A DNA stretch of 51,868 nt, counting the filler, from Streblomastix strix (lineage: Eukaryota): the NCBI GenBank assembly GCA_008636045.1. It is 2 parts of 2 records of this genome, joined end to end, with 100 filler letters (N's around TTAATTAATTAA, not from the genome) between each part and the next. Parts side by side here need not be neighbours in the genome. Positions count along the whole stretch, not along the records: positions 1 to 25,887 come from SNRW01000187.1; positions 25,988 to 51,868 come from SNRW01000188.1. One strand, 5' to 3'. The notes beneath the pieces are model-generated. The model searched no databases and was not told the DNA's origin. It worked only from the letters and a program-made list of their open reading frames with translations. Every line of letters starts with the position of its first letter. The stretch's first letter is position 1. Below are positions 13,801 to 27,691 of the stretch, one piece after another. The position numbers and the translations under genes are program-made.

Positions 13801-16800
13801 GCTTCTGTATTAGCTTTATTATCCTAATCTTATTCTTTCTTTCTTCTTTCTTCTAACTCTGATTATTCTTTCAATTACTATTCTTATAATAATTATTGTT
13901 CTCTTTAAGAAAATGAATCACTGTCTATTGGAAATAGCTATTATTAGTCTTATGTACTAATTTAAGATGAAAGAATATTATCTGAGTTTCTTTATTCAGA
14001 TAATTGTGAGGGTGATTCATTTTCTTCTTCTTTTTATTATTGTTATTGCTACCATTATAATTATTATTGTTATTATTCTAAACGTTATTATTCCAAACGT
14101 TATTATTCCAAACGTTATTATTCTTAACGTTATTATTCTTAAAGCTATTATTCTTGTATTTATTATTGTATTAATTCTTGCAATTATTATTCTTGTTGTT
14201 ATTATTATTAAGCAATTAACTCCATTTCTTTCTTTTATTGCTTTTATCTTTTTCTATCATCACCTCTCAGAACTACTGGAGGCAAAGGAGTACGAAATTG
14301 TTAATCTATTTGTATGTTTAATTATTAATTTGTATTTGAATTTTTTTCATTTTTTTATTAATCAAATTATAATTCGCTGTTAGAGTTTAAAGATTGTCGA
14401 CTATTTATTCTATTTTAAAATTAATTTTTTTGATTTAGGCTATATCCACTTGGAGATCTTATTAAGTCAATATTTCCTTGCTCAATATTTGAATCAGAGC
14501 TATCAGTATAATTTGAAGAATATTAGGATGATTTCTCATTATCTTGCTATACATTGTAAACCTTCTTCTTTTATTCTAATATTTAGTCCCAATCTCTTAT
14601 ATCTTCTCTTCTTTACTTCCATTAATCAAAGAATTCCTTTCTTTCTTTCCTATATTATTCATCTGGATTATTTTGTACTGTAAAATTGGATGTTTCTGGA
14701 TCTTCAGCCAAAAGTTCAAACAAAGTCTTTCCTTTCTGTTATCCATCTTCATTACCATCTCCATCTCCAGGTTGTGTAATTCCAAGATTCCAATCTTCCC
14801 ATTCTTCATCATCATTGGTTTAATCTAGAATAGAAATTATTTATGAATCTCTTCTTTATATTCCTGATGCTTTCTTATTCTTCAAACTCTTCTTTTTATT
14901 TTATTTGTTCTTATCAAGTACATTTGACTATTATCTTTACAGTTTAAATTAACTGCTTGATTATTCTCTGTGGAATAAATTAGTTTAAGATGATTGGTGC
15001 GAAGGTGAAAAAGATGATTATTACGATGGAGATTATTAGCTTGAATGAGAAGGTGAAAATACGCTTGAATAATATGGAGTTGAAGGTTATGTCTTTAGTT
15101 TCTTAGAAGATTGAGTTCAAATGGATAAATTCATCTTTCTTTTTCTTTCTGGAGTAAAATTACTTGATATTGAAACGGATGAAGATGTTTATTTATTTGA
15201 AGTGGATAAATTGGAAGAAAAGAAAACTTGATTATTTGAAGAAGGTGACATCGGAGGTTTAGCTCTGAACCTCACATCAGATGTTTGTCTTCCTAATTTA
15301 TTCTTCTCAATTTATTTTTCACTTTCACTTCCAATCAACTTTCCACTTGAAGGTCTTTTTAATTTATCTTTGTTTGTTAACGTTGGTAATTATGATTAGG
15401 ATTATTATGTATTTTAACTTTGCATTTCATCATTTCTACTTTTATTATTGGTACTTAATGAATCTTAATATTCTTGTTCTTATGAAAAATCAATAAAACT
15501 ATTTCTTACATTTTGTAATAGTTATTATCTTTTATTATTCATGTTTTCAATCTTTTAATCCTTTATTTCATCTTCTTGTTATTATAATTTGTTCTATTCA
15601 AAATTAGTAGATTATTCACTTGTCTAACCATTAAAATATTTTCCAATATTATCATCTTCTTCAGCTTCTTCTTCTTCTCTTTATTCTTCTTCTTCCAAAT
15701 CTTCATTATTCTCATTATCAATAAATTCTTATCCATCTTCAGTCTTCTACAGTTAAATATCAGAGTCATTTTATTCTTCTTTTTTAATTTTAATTTTAAT
15801 TTTCTTTCGTTTATTTCTTTTCTTTTTCTTTTATTTATCATTTGTATCATCATTATCAGACTATTCATTCTCAAATTATTACATAGATCTACCTACAAAC
15901 TATTTATTCCTTTGAATTAGTTCTTATGTTAAAGGATATTATTCTGGGTCTTCAATATGTTAAGTCATCGCTCTCAGATGATCTTAAAGTTCTTGTATTA
16001 CTTATTCACGAGCTTCTATTCCTTCTTAAGCTTCTTTTTCTTATTTAATATTCTAATCTTTGCTTCTGGCAAGGAGTTTTTCAAAGTTTGTTGCTGCTTT
16101 CTACTAGTCTTCTAATTATTTCTCCAAAGATCTTAATTATGATTTAAGTATTTCTCGAGCTCTTCCATTCTCTTCTTCTTTCTTCTTCAAATTAGATTTC
16201 ATTTTAGACATTGATGACTCAAGAGTCTTCATAACTGCTCTTAATCTGGTTGCTTCATCTCCTCCAGTTAAATCCAGTCCACCAGATTCACCCCTCATCA
16301 TTTATGCTATTTTAGCCAATTCTTCATCAACTTCATCCAATTTTAATGCATCTTTATACTCTTTCTATTTACGTCTTCTTTCGTCTCTTTCACGCTTCAG
16401 ACGCTGCAATAGAATCTGCCTCTCTTATGTTTATAAGTCATGCTCATTCTTGAGTTTCTTCATAAGAAATTGAAGTTTACTCCATTTTTCCCACATCAAA
16501 TCTTTATCCTAATTCGCTTAACTCAACATTTTACTAACTTCATCTGCTGTTATTTATACTTCCTATTCAATTTGTATATTGGTTTCTTCCATTCCCATTA
16601 TTCTCTTTTCCATTAATGGTAATTAGCTCTATTATTCCATAACCCATTTCTCCAGATCAATTAGACTTTATTAATTACTTGTATCATTTAATTCATTGAG
16701 AAGAATTTAAACTCTTGATTTATTTTATTCAATTATTTATTCTTCTGAAAGCTTCTCATATTCTTATCTAGGAGAATGGGTCATGATGTTTCCTATTATA

Positions 16801-17269
16801 TTTTTTGATTAATAAACTAAGTCAGGCATAAACTCATTAATTCCGCGTGAAAGTTAGAATTCTGCTTCTGCAATACGCTTTTATATTTCGGTATTCACAA
16901 TATCAAATTTTTTCTTATATTCATCAAAGTTACGCATTCGTATTCGAATAGCAAGATCATCCTCCATATCTAATTTGGAATATGCAATAAGAAAAAATAA
17001 ATTATTCAATAATTCACACTTTCGGGTCTCATTTTCAATCCACGTTCAGCTTTTGCGAGATCTCCTGTCATAGCTGCTTTCTAAATTATGTCAATCCGAT
17101 CACTCATCTTTCGCTGCTGAAGATGGCGAGATTTTTATTCCTCATTAATACTCTGTTCATATTATATAACTGTTTATTTTGCAATTTTGGCTTCTGGTCT
17201 TTCTGTTTTAATAGGAATAAGTCGTGCTGCTAATCCTCCACCTCTTACTGGACGAATAAAATGAGCCAT
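7839..17269 (-). CDS. Giant (~3100 aa) Gln/Glu/Ser-rich coiled-coil, low-complexity protein, 2 exons
   Basis: ATG at 17269 (MAHFIRPVRGGGLAARLIPIK...), then a 50-nt phase-1 intron at 16970-17019. Exon 2 is in the same frame at 16965 and at the stop (...EHLNQTKKND-TGA, 7839). It contains SPSRSQ-type repeats (~8460-8600) and RLEQQ repeats (~14070-14140). Confidence 0.8.
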
Positions 17270-17890
17270 TTCTAAAGTTCTATATAAAAAAATAAGAATA
17301 ATTAGTTTAAATAAAAAATATAATTGAATTTTTATGTATAATTTAGGTAGTAAATTAATTTTATTTAGAATTATAAATTATAGAAAATTTAATGTTTGTT
17401 AAAAAAATTAAATTTATTGAAGAATATAAAAGAATAAATGCAAGAAAACCAAAAATAAATTATTTTTGCTAATTTTCAGCAGAGAAGGAGTAAAATATGT
17501 AATAATGATAAAAATGCAATTTTATAACTTTTTTATTTATGATTTTGTGGTAATAATATAAAATTAACATTCAGGACTCGATGAAATTGTTGTTGAATAT
17601 TTAATATCAATATAAACTTTTTCAAAACAAATTTTATTATTATAATAATAGTAATAATTAATATATACTTTTTTTTACAATTATATAAATATTTTCAGTT
17701 CTCTGTGCGCAATAACACAATTTTTTCTCAAATTTCAAATTTTAAGCACGGATATAACTATATAATTGTTTAAATATATGCTTATTAAATATTAAATATA
17801 AAATAGAATTAAATCAAACTATTATATATTCATTTATTGAATCAAGCCAAATTAATTTAACAATTTATTTTTTATTTTAAAGTTAAAATA

Positions 17891-20800
17891 ATGACTCGTA
17901 AAACTGTTTAGACATCTTCAAAGAAAAGCAATTCATAGGATTTGATTGATCTTGATTAATAAATTGTATTAAATTTCTAACTTTTAGTTACTTTAATTAG
18001 ATTATTATTTTATTTAGGATTAATTTCATTCTCATAAAAAAGGTCTTCGGCTGTAACTTTATGAGCATAAAAGAGATTAATCAAAGTTTGAGCTTGATAA
18101 AATCAGAGAAAGGATGAACATGACTTTGAATAAATATTAAAGTTTAAATGCTGATAATGTATGATTTCTTATTTAAGTATTGCAAACTTCTGTTTAATTA
18201 ATATATTAGGCTTCATTCATGCTAAACTAAAAAACAGAATAAAATGAAAATAATGAAGAAATATAACGAGTAGAATCTCCTTCTATACTAATGGATGTAT
18301 TCAAATTATTAATATATTATAATTTTTTATTAGATAAAAATTAATAACATTTTTTCATAATTTTATTAATAAACAGAAAGCTAAATTAAGACTTTTAACT
18401 ATTTGGAACATTTATAATAATCAATAAATTGAAGAAGGAGGACTATTAGCATCTTTAAACGAATGGTTTATTGGATTATTCAAATTATTTCAATTAAATT
18501 ATACCATATTAATTATATTTTATTTTATTTAGGTTTACAAGTAGATCTGATGATCCTGAATTAGATGAATTAATGAAACTATTTTACAGTGATAAAGACA
18601 GTATGAATGAAGTTAAAATAAACATCTAATAATTAATGATGATTGATCATTTTTTATTTCATTATAATATTCAGATATTTCTAGAAAACAAAGTGTATAG
18701 GCATTACTTAAAATAATAGAAGCACGTGGAAATGAAGGCTTAGGAAATAATTAATAAGATAAAGAGAAATTAGAATAAAGTCAATCTAACTGACATATAT
18801 AATTCAATTTTGCATAATATTAGAATCTTTTATAGAAAGCTGGGAATTCAACTCTCTACAATGCAGAGAATGCGATTCTTAATGGATAAAGTGATATTCC
18901 TCTTTTTTATACAACATTACGAAAAAATAAAAAATAATAATCAGAAATGTAAGAAAATAATGAGGAATAATAATAAGAATAATAATAGGATTAAAGCTTA
19001 GATGAAATGCCAATAGATTAACTTATATCCGATTTATAAGAAGGAAGAGAAATGATAAATCTTGTTCATAAGGAGCAAATTAAAAGTATAATTAATTATA
19101 ATAATTATATTTATCATTTTATATAATTCTTATTCTTCTCTATTTTGTGCCATTCATAGCAATGCGTAATAACTTTTTTCGCTAATTTGGGAATTTGAAA
19201 AAAAGATATATTGAATCTCTTCCAATTTTGGCAAAACAAACAAAAGATGTAAATAATATGAGGTTAATAATTGAGGATCTTCATAAGTAAGTTTGGAGAT
19301 AATAAATAGAAAGAAATAATTAATAATTAATTTTATCATTAATTACAATTTATTTTTAGTTAACTTAAAGTGAAATTGCTGAGTCTGAAATGCGCTTTAG
19401 TGCAAAGAAAAAAGAAGAAATGCTTAAAAAAGTAAATCATATTAATTATTATAATTCTAATTTATCATTTATCTAATTTAATCATTTATCTAATTTAATC
19501 ATTTATCTAATTTAATCATTTATCTAATTTAATCATTTATCTAATTTAATCATTTAAATTTACTAATATTAAGTTGACAAGTGTTGGATCTTATGAATTT
19601 GATCAATTGGATGAAAATAGTAAAAAGAATTATGAAATTGCACATTTAAGAGGAGAAATTGTAAAAGTATGACGCCATAATATAATATATTTTATTTTTA
19701 TTAGGATCTTCATTAATTTATGTTAAATAATTTAATTCAAAATATAGAGTCAAACTTTAATTCAATAATTGTAAGATTAGCTTAGTACTGAATCTAATAA
19801 TATCTAATAAAGAATATTTCGAGCTCATTAAAGTGGAATTGATGAGGGGAAAAAGACAAATTAATAAGAAATCTTAGAAAATGGAAAATATAAAAATGTA
19901 GAACAGATGAAATAAGTATGGGAGAACCAAATAAGATCGAAATATGATCAACGTGACATGGAAATTGAATCTTTGTTATTTTAGGAAAGAAGTAAAGGAA
20001 GAATCGAGTTGATAGATGAGATCAGAAAAAGAAAGCTAATTCAGGGTGAAAATGGTGATAAAGCACTTTTTAGCATATAAAATGATCTTTAAGATTAATA
20101 ATTTAGTTAATTATAGCAATAATAGGAAGAAAAAGAAAAAGCATGGTAAGAGTAATTAAGAAAAAGAGGAATAGTTAATAAAGAGTAATAAAATTAACTG
20201 ATTGATGTGAAATAAAAATTTTTTGCATAAAAATTAATTGATTAAAAAGATATTTTTGAAACAAATAAACCGATTTCAATGACAAAAGAGGAAATAGAAA
20301 AGGCATTAAGTGGAAATTCGAGATTGTAACTTATTCATTTATTTGACTAAAATGCTCACTTAGAAAGAAAACGGATGAAAGAACATATGAAAGCGATGCT
20401 GATTAATGTTGGATTAGGAAAATCAATAACAGCTTCTGATTATAAGAATGTTGAGTAGTATGAAAAAAGAATTAAATAGAACGAAAGGAAAATATATGAA
20501 ATTAACAAATTAAATGATATTTAAAGACAAGAAAATGAATAATTAAAATAAGAAGCTTAAAAGTTAAAATAAGTTGAATAGGAAGTTAAGGAACTTAGAA
20601 CTCGTGAAGCAATCTTATAAAATGAGATAAAATTTCAACTTGAATCGGCAGAATCATTTACAAAATAAATTGCTGAGGTTGTTCAACATAATAATAAAGT
20701 ATAAAAAGAGAAAGATGAGGCAATCAAGTAAATGCTATAAATGCAAAAATTAATGAATAAAGACATTAATGATGAATAAGATTCAAATTAAGAAATTGAG

Positions 20801-23800
20801 AAACAGATTGAGAAGTTTAAGAAGAAAGAAAAGAGAAGGGAAAAAGAATAACAATAAATGAAAGAAATGGATAAATAAAGACAAATTGAAAAAGAAGAAG
20901 AAAAAGAGAAAGAGAAGGAAAGAGAGTAATTAAGATTGGAATACAAAGAAAAGGAGAAATAATGGGACATTGAAAGGAAGAAAATGATTGAAAATGAATA
21001 AATGAGAGAAAAAGAGAGAGTTAATGTCATATTGAACTAGTCAGATATTATTTAAAATGAAAAAGAATAAGATTAGTAATAAACTCAAGGAAAAGAAGAA
21101 TTTTAAGAATAATAGGATAATACGCCTTAATTATAATTTTACTCACAAACATTACCATTTAAAATTAGTAAATTGAATTTATAATAAATACAAGGGAGAT
21201 AACATTCTAAATCTATTTATTCATCTGTATTATCTTAGTCAAAACGAAGCCTATCAAAACTCTCAATTTTTTCAAATGATTTGAATGAAAACCAAAGTTA
21301 GTAATAATAAAACATATTATCTTAAACTTAAAGATCATAATTAGAAACCCGTAAATCAATTTCATCATTCGATGAAACAAAGGAATTTGCTTTATAAGAA
21401 CTGTAAAATATTGCCACAACAAGAAAAAGTCCATTATAAACTAGCAGAAAAAATAAATAAGAAATAAAATTACTGAATGATGCTGATAATATCGACAAAC
21501 AAAGAAGAAGATCGGAATTTGTATCTAATTAAACGCTTCAAAAGAATTAATAAGAAATTGGTAAGGTACAATTTATTATTTTTATTTCTATTTTGTATTT
21601 ACTTTTAAATTAAATTATTTAATCAGCTGAGTGATTTTATTTCCGATCTACGATCTAAAGCATAAAGTACATTAACTTCGTAACTAATAGACACAGCGAG
21701 GTAATAATAACCAATTACTTAAAGGTCATAAATTGATTTATAATCATAAAATCAATCTCAGTTTCATCCAACTCTGTATTCTACTTCTTCAATGGAGACT
21801 AATAGATCTCAAAATACATTTAGATCATTGTAATCTACTTCATAATTAGAATAAATTTAGGAAGTGAAAGAAGAAACTGAGGAACAATAAGATAACTAAT
21901 AATTGAAAAGAAATGGAACATTAGCGGATATTATTTCTCAATCAACAGCTTTATAGACATCAAGATCTTAATAATCACGACAACTTTTGGAACCTTTATA
22001 AATAAAAGCATAAATATATTAACCACCTTAAATGATTCAACTCAATGAATAGTAACAAAATTAACAAGAATAAGTATAAATAGAGCAAACTATATCTGAT
22101 ACTGAAATGTATCAAAGTCAAATTACTCCTCCACCAACAAGACAATCAAATAACGAATCTTTATCTTCCATTTCATCTTTTATTTCACTAAATTCAAAAC
22201 AATCCATCATTTCTTTAACTTCATTAAATTCATTAAATTCAGATAAAATTTAAACAAAAAAAGGAAAAAATGGAAAATATAATAAATCATAAAGTAAAAT
22301 GAAAAAAATTAAAAAAATGAATTAAACAAAATAATTATCCTCTTCATTAAAACATTAAAAATCATTTAAGAATGAAAAGGGGAAATAAACAAAGAAATAA
22401 TAAGAGGATAAACAGATAAACCAAATAAACAAATAATCAACAATAGTAAACAATATTGAAACTCCTTAAAAATAATAAACAGAAGATTTTTCTGAAGAAT
22501 TCTAATAACTGATTTAAACAACTAATGAACAGCATGAAAGGCATTTATAAGCCTATGAAAAAGCAGCAGAGATACTCATAGAGTCGATATAGCAGACATC
22601 TGGACTGGAAACTAAAAAAGAAAGAGACGAGAGAGAAAGAATGAAGAAAGAATTACTTGGTGAATAAGATGAGGACTAAAGTTATGATAGTGATGAAGAT
22701 AGTGATCAAATAAAAAGAGAAAAGGATCAATAAAAAGTTAATAAAATTATGAATAAAGCAGCAAAATAAGCATTATTAAGAGATAGATTATTGTAATAAA
22801 GGTCTGTAAACTATAAGTTTGTTAGATTGATGAATGGGTTAAAATCATAAGATAATAATTAATAAATTGCTGATTATTTTGCATAGAAGCATTATATACT
22901 CGTATAAGCGTAGAATAATATGGATTAAGAAAGAAAGAAATAGTTCGAACAGAATAAAACTTAAGATCTATTAAAATATGGAAAATGGTATTCTTAATTA
23001 TTAGAAAGACAAAATAAATGGAAAAATGTATGGGAGTAAAAGAAATAAAATAATGATACTCTTAGATTATAAAATGTATTCCACATTCTTAAAATATTAC
23101 ACCTTGAAGAATAAAAAAGAGAGAAAGAAGAACAACATTTGAGACACATTAAAAATAAATAAATTCTTAAACAATGGAAACAAATATAACGTTCAAATTA
23201 ATAATAATCAAATATTAAAAATATTAATAAAAATTAAATTGAAAATGAAAATGAAAATGAAATTGAAAATAATATTTAAATGAAAGTTGAAGATTAGAAA
23301 GATTCAAATTCAAATTCAAAATCATCATTTGATTCAAATGAAAGCTCAGATTAATCAGAAAATTCTTCTTCATCAACAATTTCTAATGATGATTCAGATT
23401 CATAATAAATAGATAATTCTGTTGAAACTATGTTTTTGAACTATAAATCATAATAAGCTCCAACAATTTCATCATTTAGTCCTCAATATAATCGCGATAT
23501 TCTTTCCAATAATTAAACATTACTGTCAAATTAATTCTCTCCAATATTTAATAAAAACAAAATAAGAAAATAATAATCAAATTAATAATAACTATAAAGA
23601 GATTTTTAAAAAGAGAATGGAAGGGGGATTCTCATGATTTAAAATGGAAATGTCTTAGGATATGGAAATAACTAATTGAGGTTGGGTGAATGGAAAGAAT
23701 TAAATTAAAATAAAAAAGAAATTTAATAAAATTAATAAAAACAATATAATTAGAATAATACTTAAGAATAAACTATTTCCAACTAATCTCCATATAAGTT

Positions 23801-25241
23801 TAAATTGTTAAGAAATGGACTTGTAGTTAAAGTTTAAGAAGATAAACAGTAAAACATAGACACTTCATTCACATTAATTTAAACATCAATTTAATAATCT
23901 AATGAAAATAATATGAAACCATTATCACCTGACCACTAAATTAAACAAGAAGATATTTAGTTATCTGCACCTGCTTGTAAAGGAATATCTTCTTTGGATC
24001 TAATAAGCAGGAATAATGTAATAGTTCAAGCGCTTGGTAGATTAAGAATTGCAACTCCAAGTGAAGTTAACAAAGCAAAAGAATTATTTGAACCAATTCC
24101 TTTGTACAAAGAATAAAATAAATGGATATTTGGAAATGCATTAGAAAGAAAATAGAAATATGATAAAGAACAAAAAATTAAAGAAAATGAGAAAAAATTA
24201 TAATAAAATTAATAAACAAATAAATTAATAAACAAATAAAAGTAATAAAATAAAAGATATTATGCAGATAATGATAATGCAGCAGTTAAACTCGTTCGAG
24301 AAAGTTTGTAGAAAATGTAGTAAATTGACAAACAATGGAGTTCGGCTAATTACATTTCTTCTGATACTAAATAAAGAAATGAAATTAATTAAGAAGTGAA
24401 ATAGAATAAAATTATATAAAATGATATAAATAATGAATTGATTGAATAAGATCCAGACATTTAACAATAATATTTCAAAGCTCTCAACTTTACAAAACAA
24501 GCTTTAATTTTATTGTACAGAGTCAAATAAAGTCTTCCTATGATAAGATTAAGTGTTGATCAATGGATGTACGATCATAATTTGACTTGGCAAGAGGCTG
24601 GAGAAATAATTTATGCAGCTAAAGAAGAAGAAAAATAAATAAAAAGGTAAGAAAAATAGAAAAGAAAATAAAAATTATTGAAGACAAATGAGAATTTCAA
24701 TATGACTGATAATAAACTGCAGTAAATAGAGCAAGATAATGAAATGATAAAACGATGTTAAAACATAACACCTTCGAATAATGTGATTGAAGTATAATAA
24801 ATGGAAAGATAAAATACCGAATTAATATAAAATAATAATATGAATAACCCCTAAGAAAAGAATTAAGATTAAGAAATATTATTGTCTTATTAATCTACAT
24901 AATAAAGACCAGTTTCTGCTCATATTAAACCTTCTCATTTGAATTAAAGATCAAATTCTAACATGAATGTTAATAGATAATAATCATAATCTTTAAACAA
25001 TTTTAAAAGGAGTTATGAATTTTCAAAACCAAAGATTGATACTCATAATATTATTCACAATATTTTACAAACATCAGCAATAGATAAATCTAAACAAATC
25101 CAATATAATTTTGCGGGACATATTTTCGGTACCACAACTGCACCACCACCTGAAAGCAGACTTTGTATTCGACCTTAGACATCAAAATTATCTTTTCCAC
25201 CTAATTTATCAAGACCTCGACCTTCAACTGCAAAAAAGTGA
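17891..25241 (+). CDS. Large multi-exon coiled-coil, Gln-rich protein (~10 short introns; exon boundaries approximate)
   Basis: ATG at 17891 (MTRKTVQTSSKKSNSQDLIDLDQQI|gt). Repeated AT-rich GT..AG introns lie between ~17966 and ~21626. The long last exon ends ...PPNLSRPRPSTAKK-TGA. Confidence 0.75.
19464..19556. repeat. 17-bp intronic minisatellite (atcatttatctaattta x5 plus a partial copy)
   Basis: Units start at 19464, 19481, 19498, 19515, 19532 and 19549. Confidence 0.95.
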
Positions 25242-25346
25242 AATCATAAAAAGGATCACTTCTTTTCTTTTATATGTTAATTTAATTGGCAAAAATAATA
25301 TCATTAAATAGATGATTTTGAGTTTTGCAATATTATCAAAAGATAA

Positions 25347-25887
25347 TCATTTGTTAGTATTTATTATTTTTTTATGAGAGCTAAATTGAAATGGAATTGG
25401 AATTGTTACAGGTAATTTTGCTGGTTATCCACTTTGTCGAGTATCATGCTGAGGATGCATTCTTTTTCCTTCCTACCATTTTTGAGCTACGCGTACTAAA
25501 TCTTTTTCTCCACATGCACTGCAGCTTCCAGCAATTACAAATGAAGGTCGTTTTGTATTTTAATAATGAAATGTATCGGAGTTCCACTGTTATACTGGTT
25601 TTTATTGTGAATTTATTAATGATATTAGTGTTGCAAATTCATTATTTTCTTATTTTTTTAAATTATTATTGTGCTATTATTGAAATTAATCATATTCTTT
25701 TTAACCTTCACAAGTACTACATCTTCCACATGTTTAAAATTATGCATTTTTTGATTTTTATATGTGAAATGTATCCGAGTTCCATCTTTATCTCTAAGAT
25801 TATCGATTATCAAGTAATGAAAGCAGCGCATTTTATTCCATGTTGAACTTATACATAAAAACATAGGAAGGGCGTCAATCAGAGTTT
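25347..25887 (-). CDS. Small protein, 5' end probably lost in the gap, with a duplicated WNSDTFH...GxCSxC motif and a TPX2-like TIPIPFQF tail
   Basis: The TAR=Q frame reads MEQNALLSLLDNRQSQRQRWNSDTFHIQKSKNAQFQTCGRCSTC...WNSDTFHYQNTKRPSFVIAGSCSACGE...LPVTIPIPFQFSSHKKIINTNK-TGA. Confidence 0.7.
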
Positions 25888-25987
25888 NNNNNNNNNNNNN
25901 NNNNNNNNNNNNNNNNNNNNNNNNNNNNNNNTTAATTAATTAANNNNNNNNNNNNNNNNNNNNNNNNNNNNNNNNNNNNNNNNNNNN
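25888..25987. other. Artificial contig-joining linker (44 N + TTAATTAATTAA + 44 N)
   Basis: Symmetric 100-nt gap around a six-frame TAA stop linker at 25932-25943. Confidence 0.97.
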
Positions 25988-26611
25988 TGATAAGACCATC
26001 ATATCCGTTATTTATCATCTATTCATCAATTTCTTCATTTGCTCCTTCTTCTTCTATTATTCTTCTGTTCTTCGAGCAAGTAATAGAAGCGGTTGGAAAT
26101 ATGGTTACAATCCATTACTCCCTTCACGTAGTTATCTGAGGAACTCGAAGATGTAATACAACCCATCATATATTTCTCTATCTTGTTCATCACCAATGCC
26201 TCCTGCTGTGCTGAATGTAATGGACATCACTCTTCCATATTCTTAATTAACAAGCACTGTTCGGTCTTATTCATCACCCCAGACTTGAATAAATTTAAAA
26301 CACCATCTACTGCTTCTTCTCACTTCTAAGCACTATTGGTCTATTTCTTTCTTTAAGTGAGAACTTATTTTGTATAATGAAAGTGCAACGAGTGATTGAA
26401 GAAGTTTCGGGATCTGAATCAATTATTTAAATGACACGTTAATCTGGATTTGACTTTAAAGGTACAAAATACTAGAAACAATTTATGTAAGAAACGGTTT
26501 TGATTTTGATTCTAGTTAATCATTTTCTTTTTCTTGCTTGTTTTATGCGTATGAATCAGTTTAGGAAATTATGATTATTGCTGTTTCTTTGATTTTTTAC
26601 TCAGATTTCAT
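25988..26611 (-). pseudogene. Frameshifted copy of an expanded hypothetical-protein family of the Streblomastix type; 3' end lost in the gap
   Basis: ATG at 26611 gives MKSEQKIKETAII...QIPKLLQSLVALSLYK...YGRVMSITFSTAGGIGDEQDREIYDGLYYIFEFLRQLREG. Two 1-nt shifts (~26120 and ~26057) are needed to recover QPYFQPLLLLARRTEEQ and IEEEGANEEIDEQMINNG. The family is recognised from memory. Confidence 0.7.
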
Positions 26612-27375
26612 TTTATTCTTATTATTTTATAAATTTAAAAAAAAACAATTTATAAAATATATGTGATAATTATATGAGAACAAATTTAAAAAAATAACTA
26701 AAAAATTGTTAGAAATTAATAACTTATGAAATAATTCAGGTTAATGACATTATAAAGTAGGCGTTTGTATGTTTTAAAGAAGTGCTAGGTTATTTAAAAA
26801 GTATGAATGACAGTTATTAGCTTGTGAGTTGGAGTAAGATGAAAGTAATTACAAATTTATGAATAATGAAAACAAAAATATAAAGATTAATGAACATTAA
26901 ACGATGTTTGGTAGGAAAACTACTGAATAAATAGAGTTGAAATAATTTCGTCATTTTAAAAAAAATATATTGGATTTGTGAATAAATAAATTTGTCTGCA
27001 AATAATTAATAAAAAAATACTATATCATAAAGCATTTTTGCAATATTGTAGATATTTAGCAATCTTTCTTTGCAAGAAATCTGCGGTTATGCGATACAAT
27101 TTGTTTGATTATGTTTTAGAATGAAAATAAACCATTATTATGCTTATTATGTTATGTTTTGATATTAATTCTGATTTATTTCGAACAATTTTGTACTCTA
27201 AAGAGATATTTTAACTGTTTTTCTACGATCTTTAAGAGCGAAAAATCTGGCATTACAATCAATTATACTTAAGAAAATTATTAATATTTTAATTATTTCC
27301 ATTTAATAAAAATGTTGTCACTCCTCAAATAAAAATGTTGAGTATTAAAATATTGTTCAAATGGATAAGGTGTTT

Positions 27376-27466
27376 ATGACATAATTGAGTAGTGATGTCA
27401 TGCTTGACAGAGCGTGACTGTTAAAGCGCCCCTCACCGATGACATCGGTGGCACTTTATATTTTTT
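27376..27466. other. Cluster of three adjacent hairpins followed by a T-run
   Basis: atgacat/atgtcat (27376-27401), ttgacag/ctgttaa (27404-27424), and the perfect palindrome caccgatg-a-catcggtg (27434-27450) extended by taaagcgc/gcacttta. Confidence 0.6.
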
Positions 27467-27691
27467 ATATGTTCACATTATGAGAATCCGCCATTAATTC
27501 CATTTTGTAATAATTTGAATACTTCAATAACATTGATAATCATTGATAGTTGAAAATTATAGCATATTTTCATATTTAAGAATTCAATATCTTCGATTAA
27601 ATATATTACATTGTATACACTTTTATTATTAAAATTCTTGACATATATTAGCCGACCTAAATAGTATATGAAGAAGAAATTTACCGTAAGT

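Noticed and set aside
19464..19556. CRISPR-like array
   Set aside because: The units are head-to-tail with no spacers, lie inside a eukaryotic intron, and no cas genes are present.
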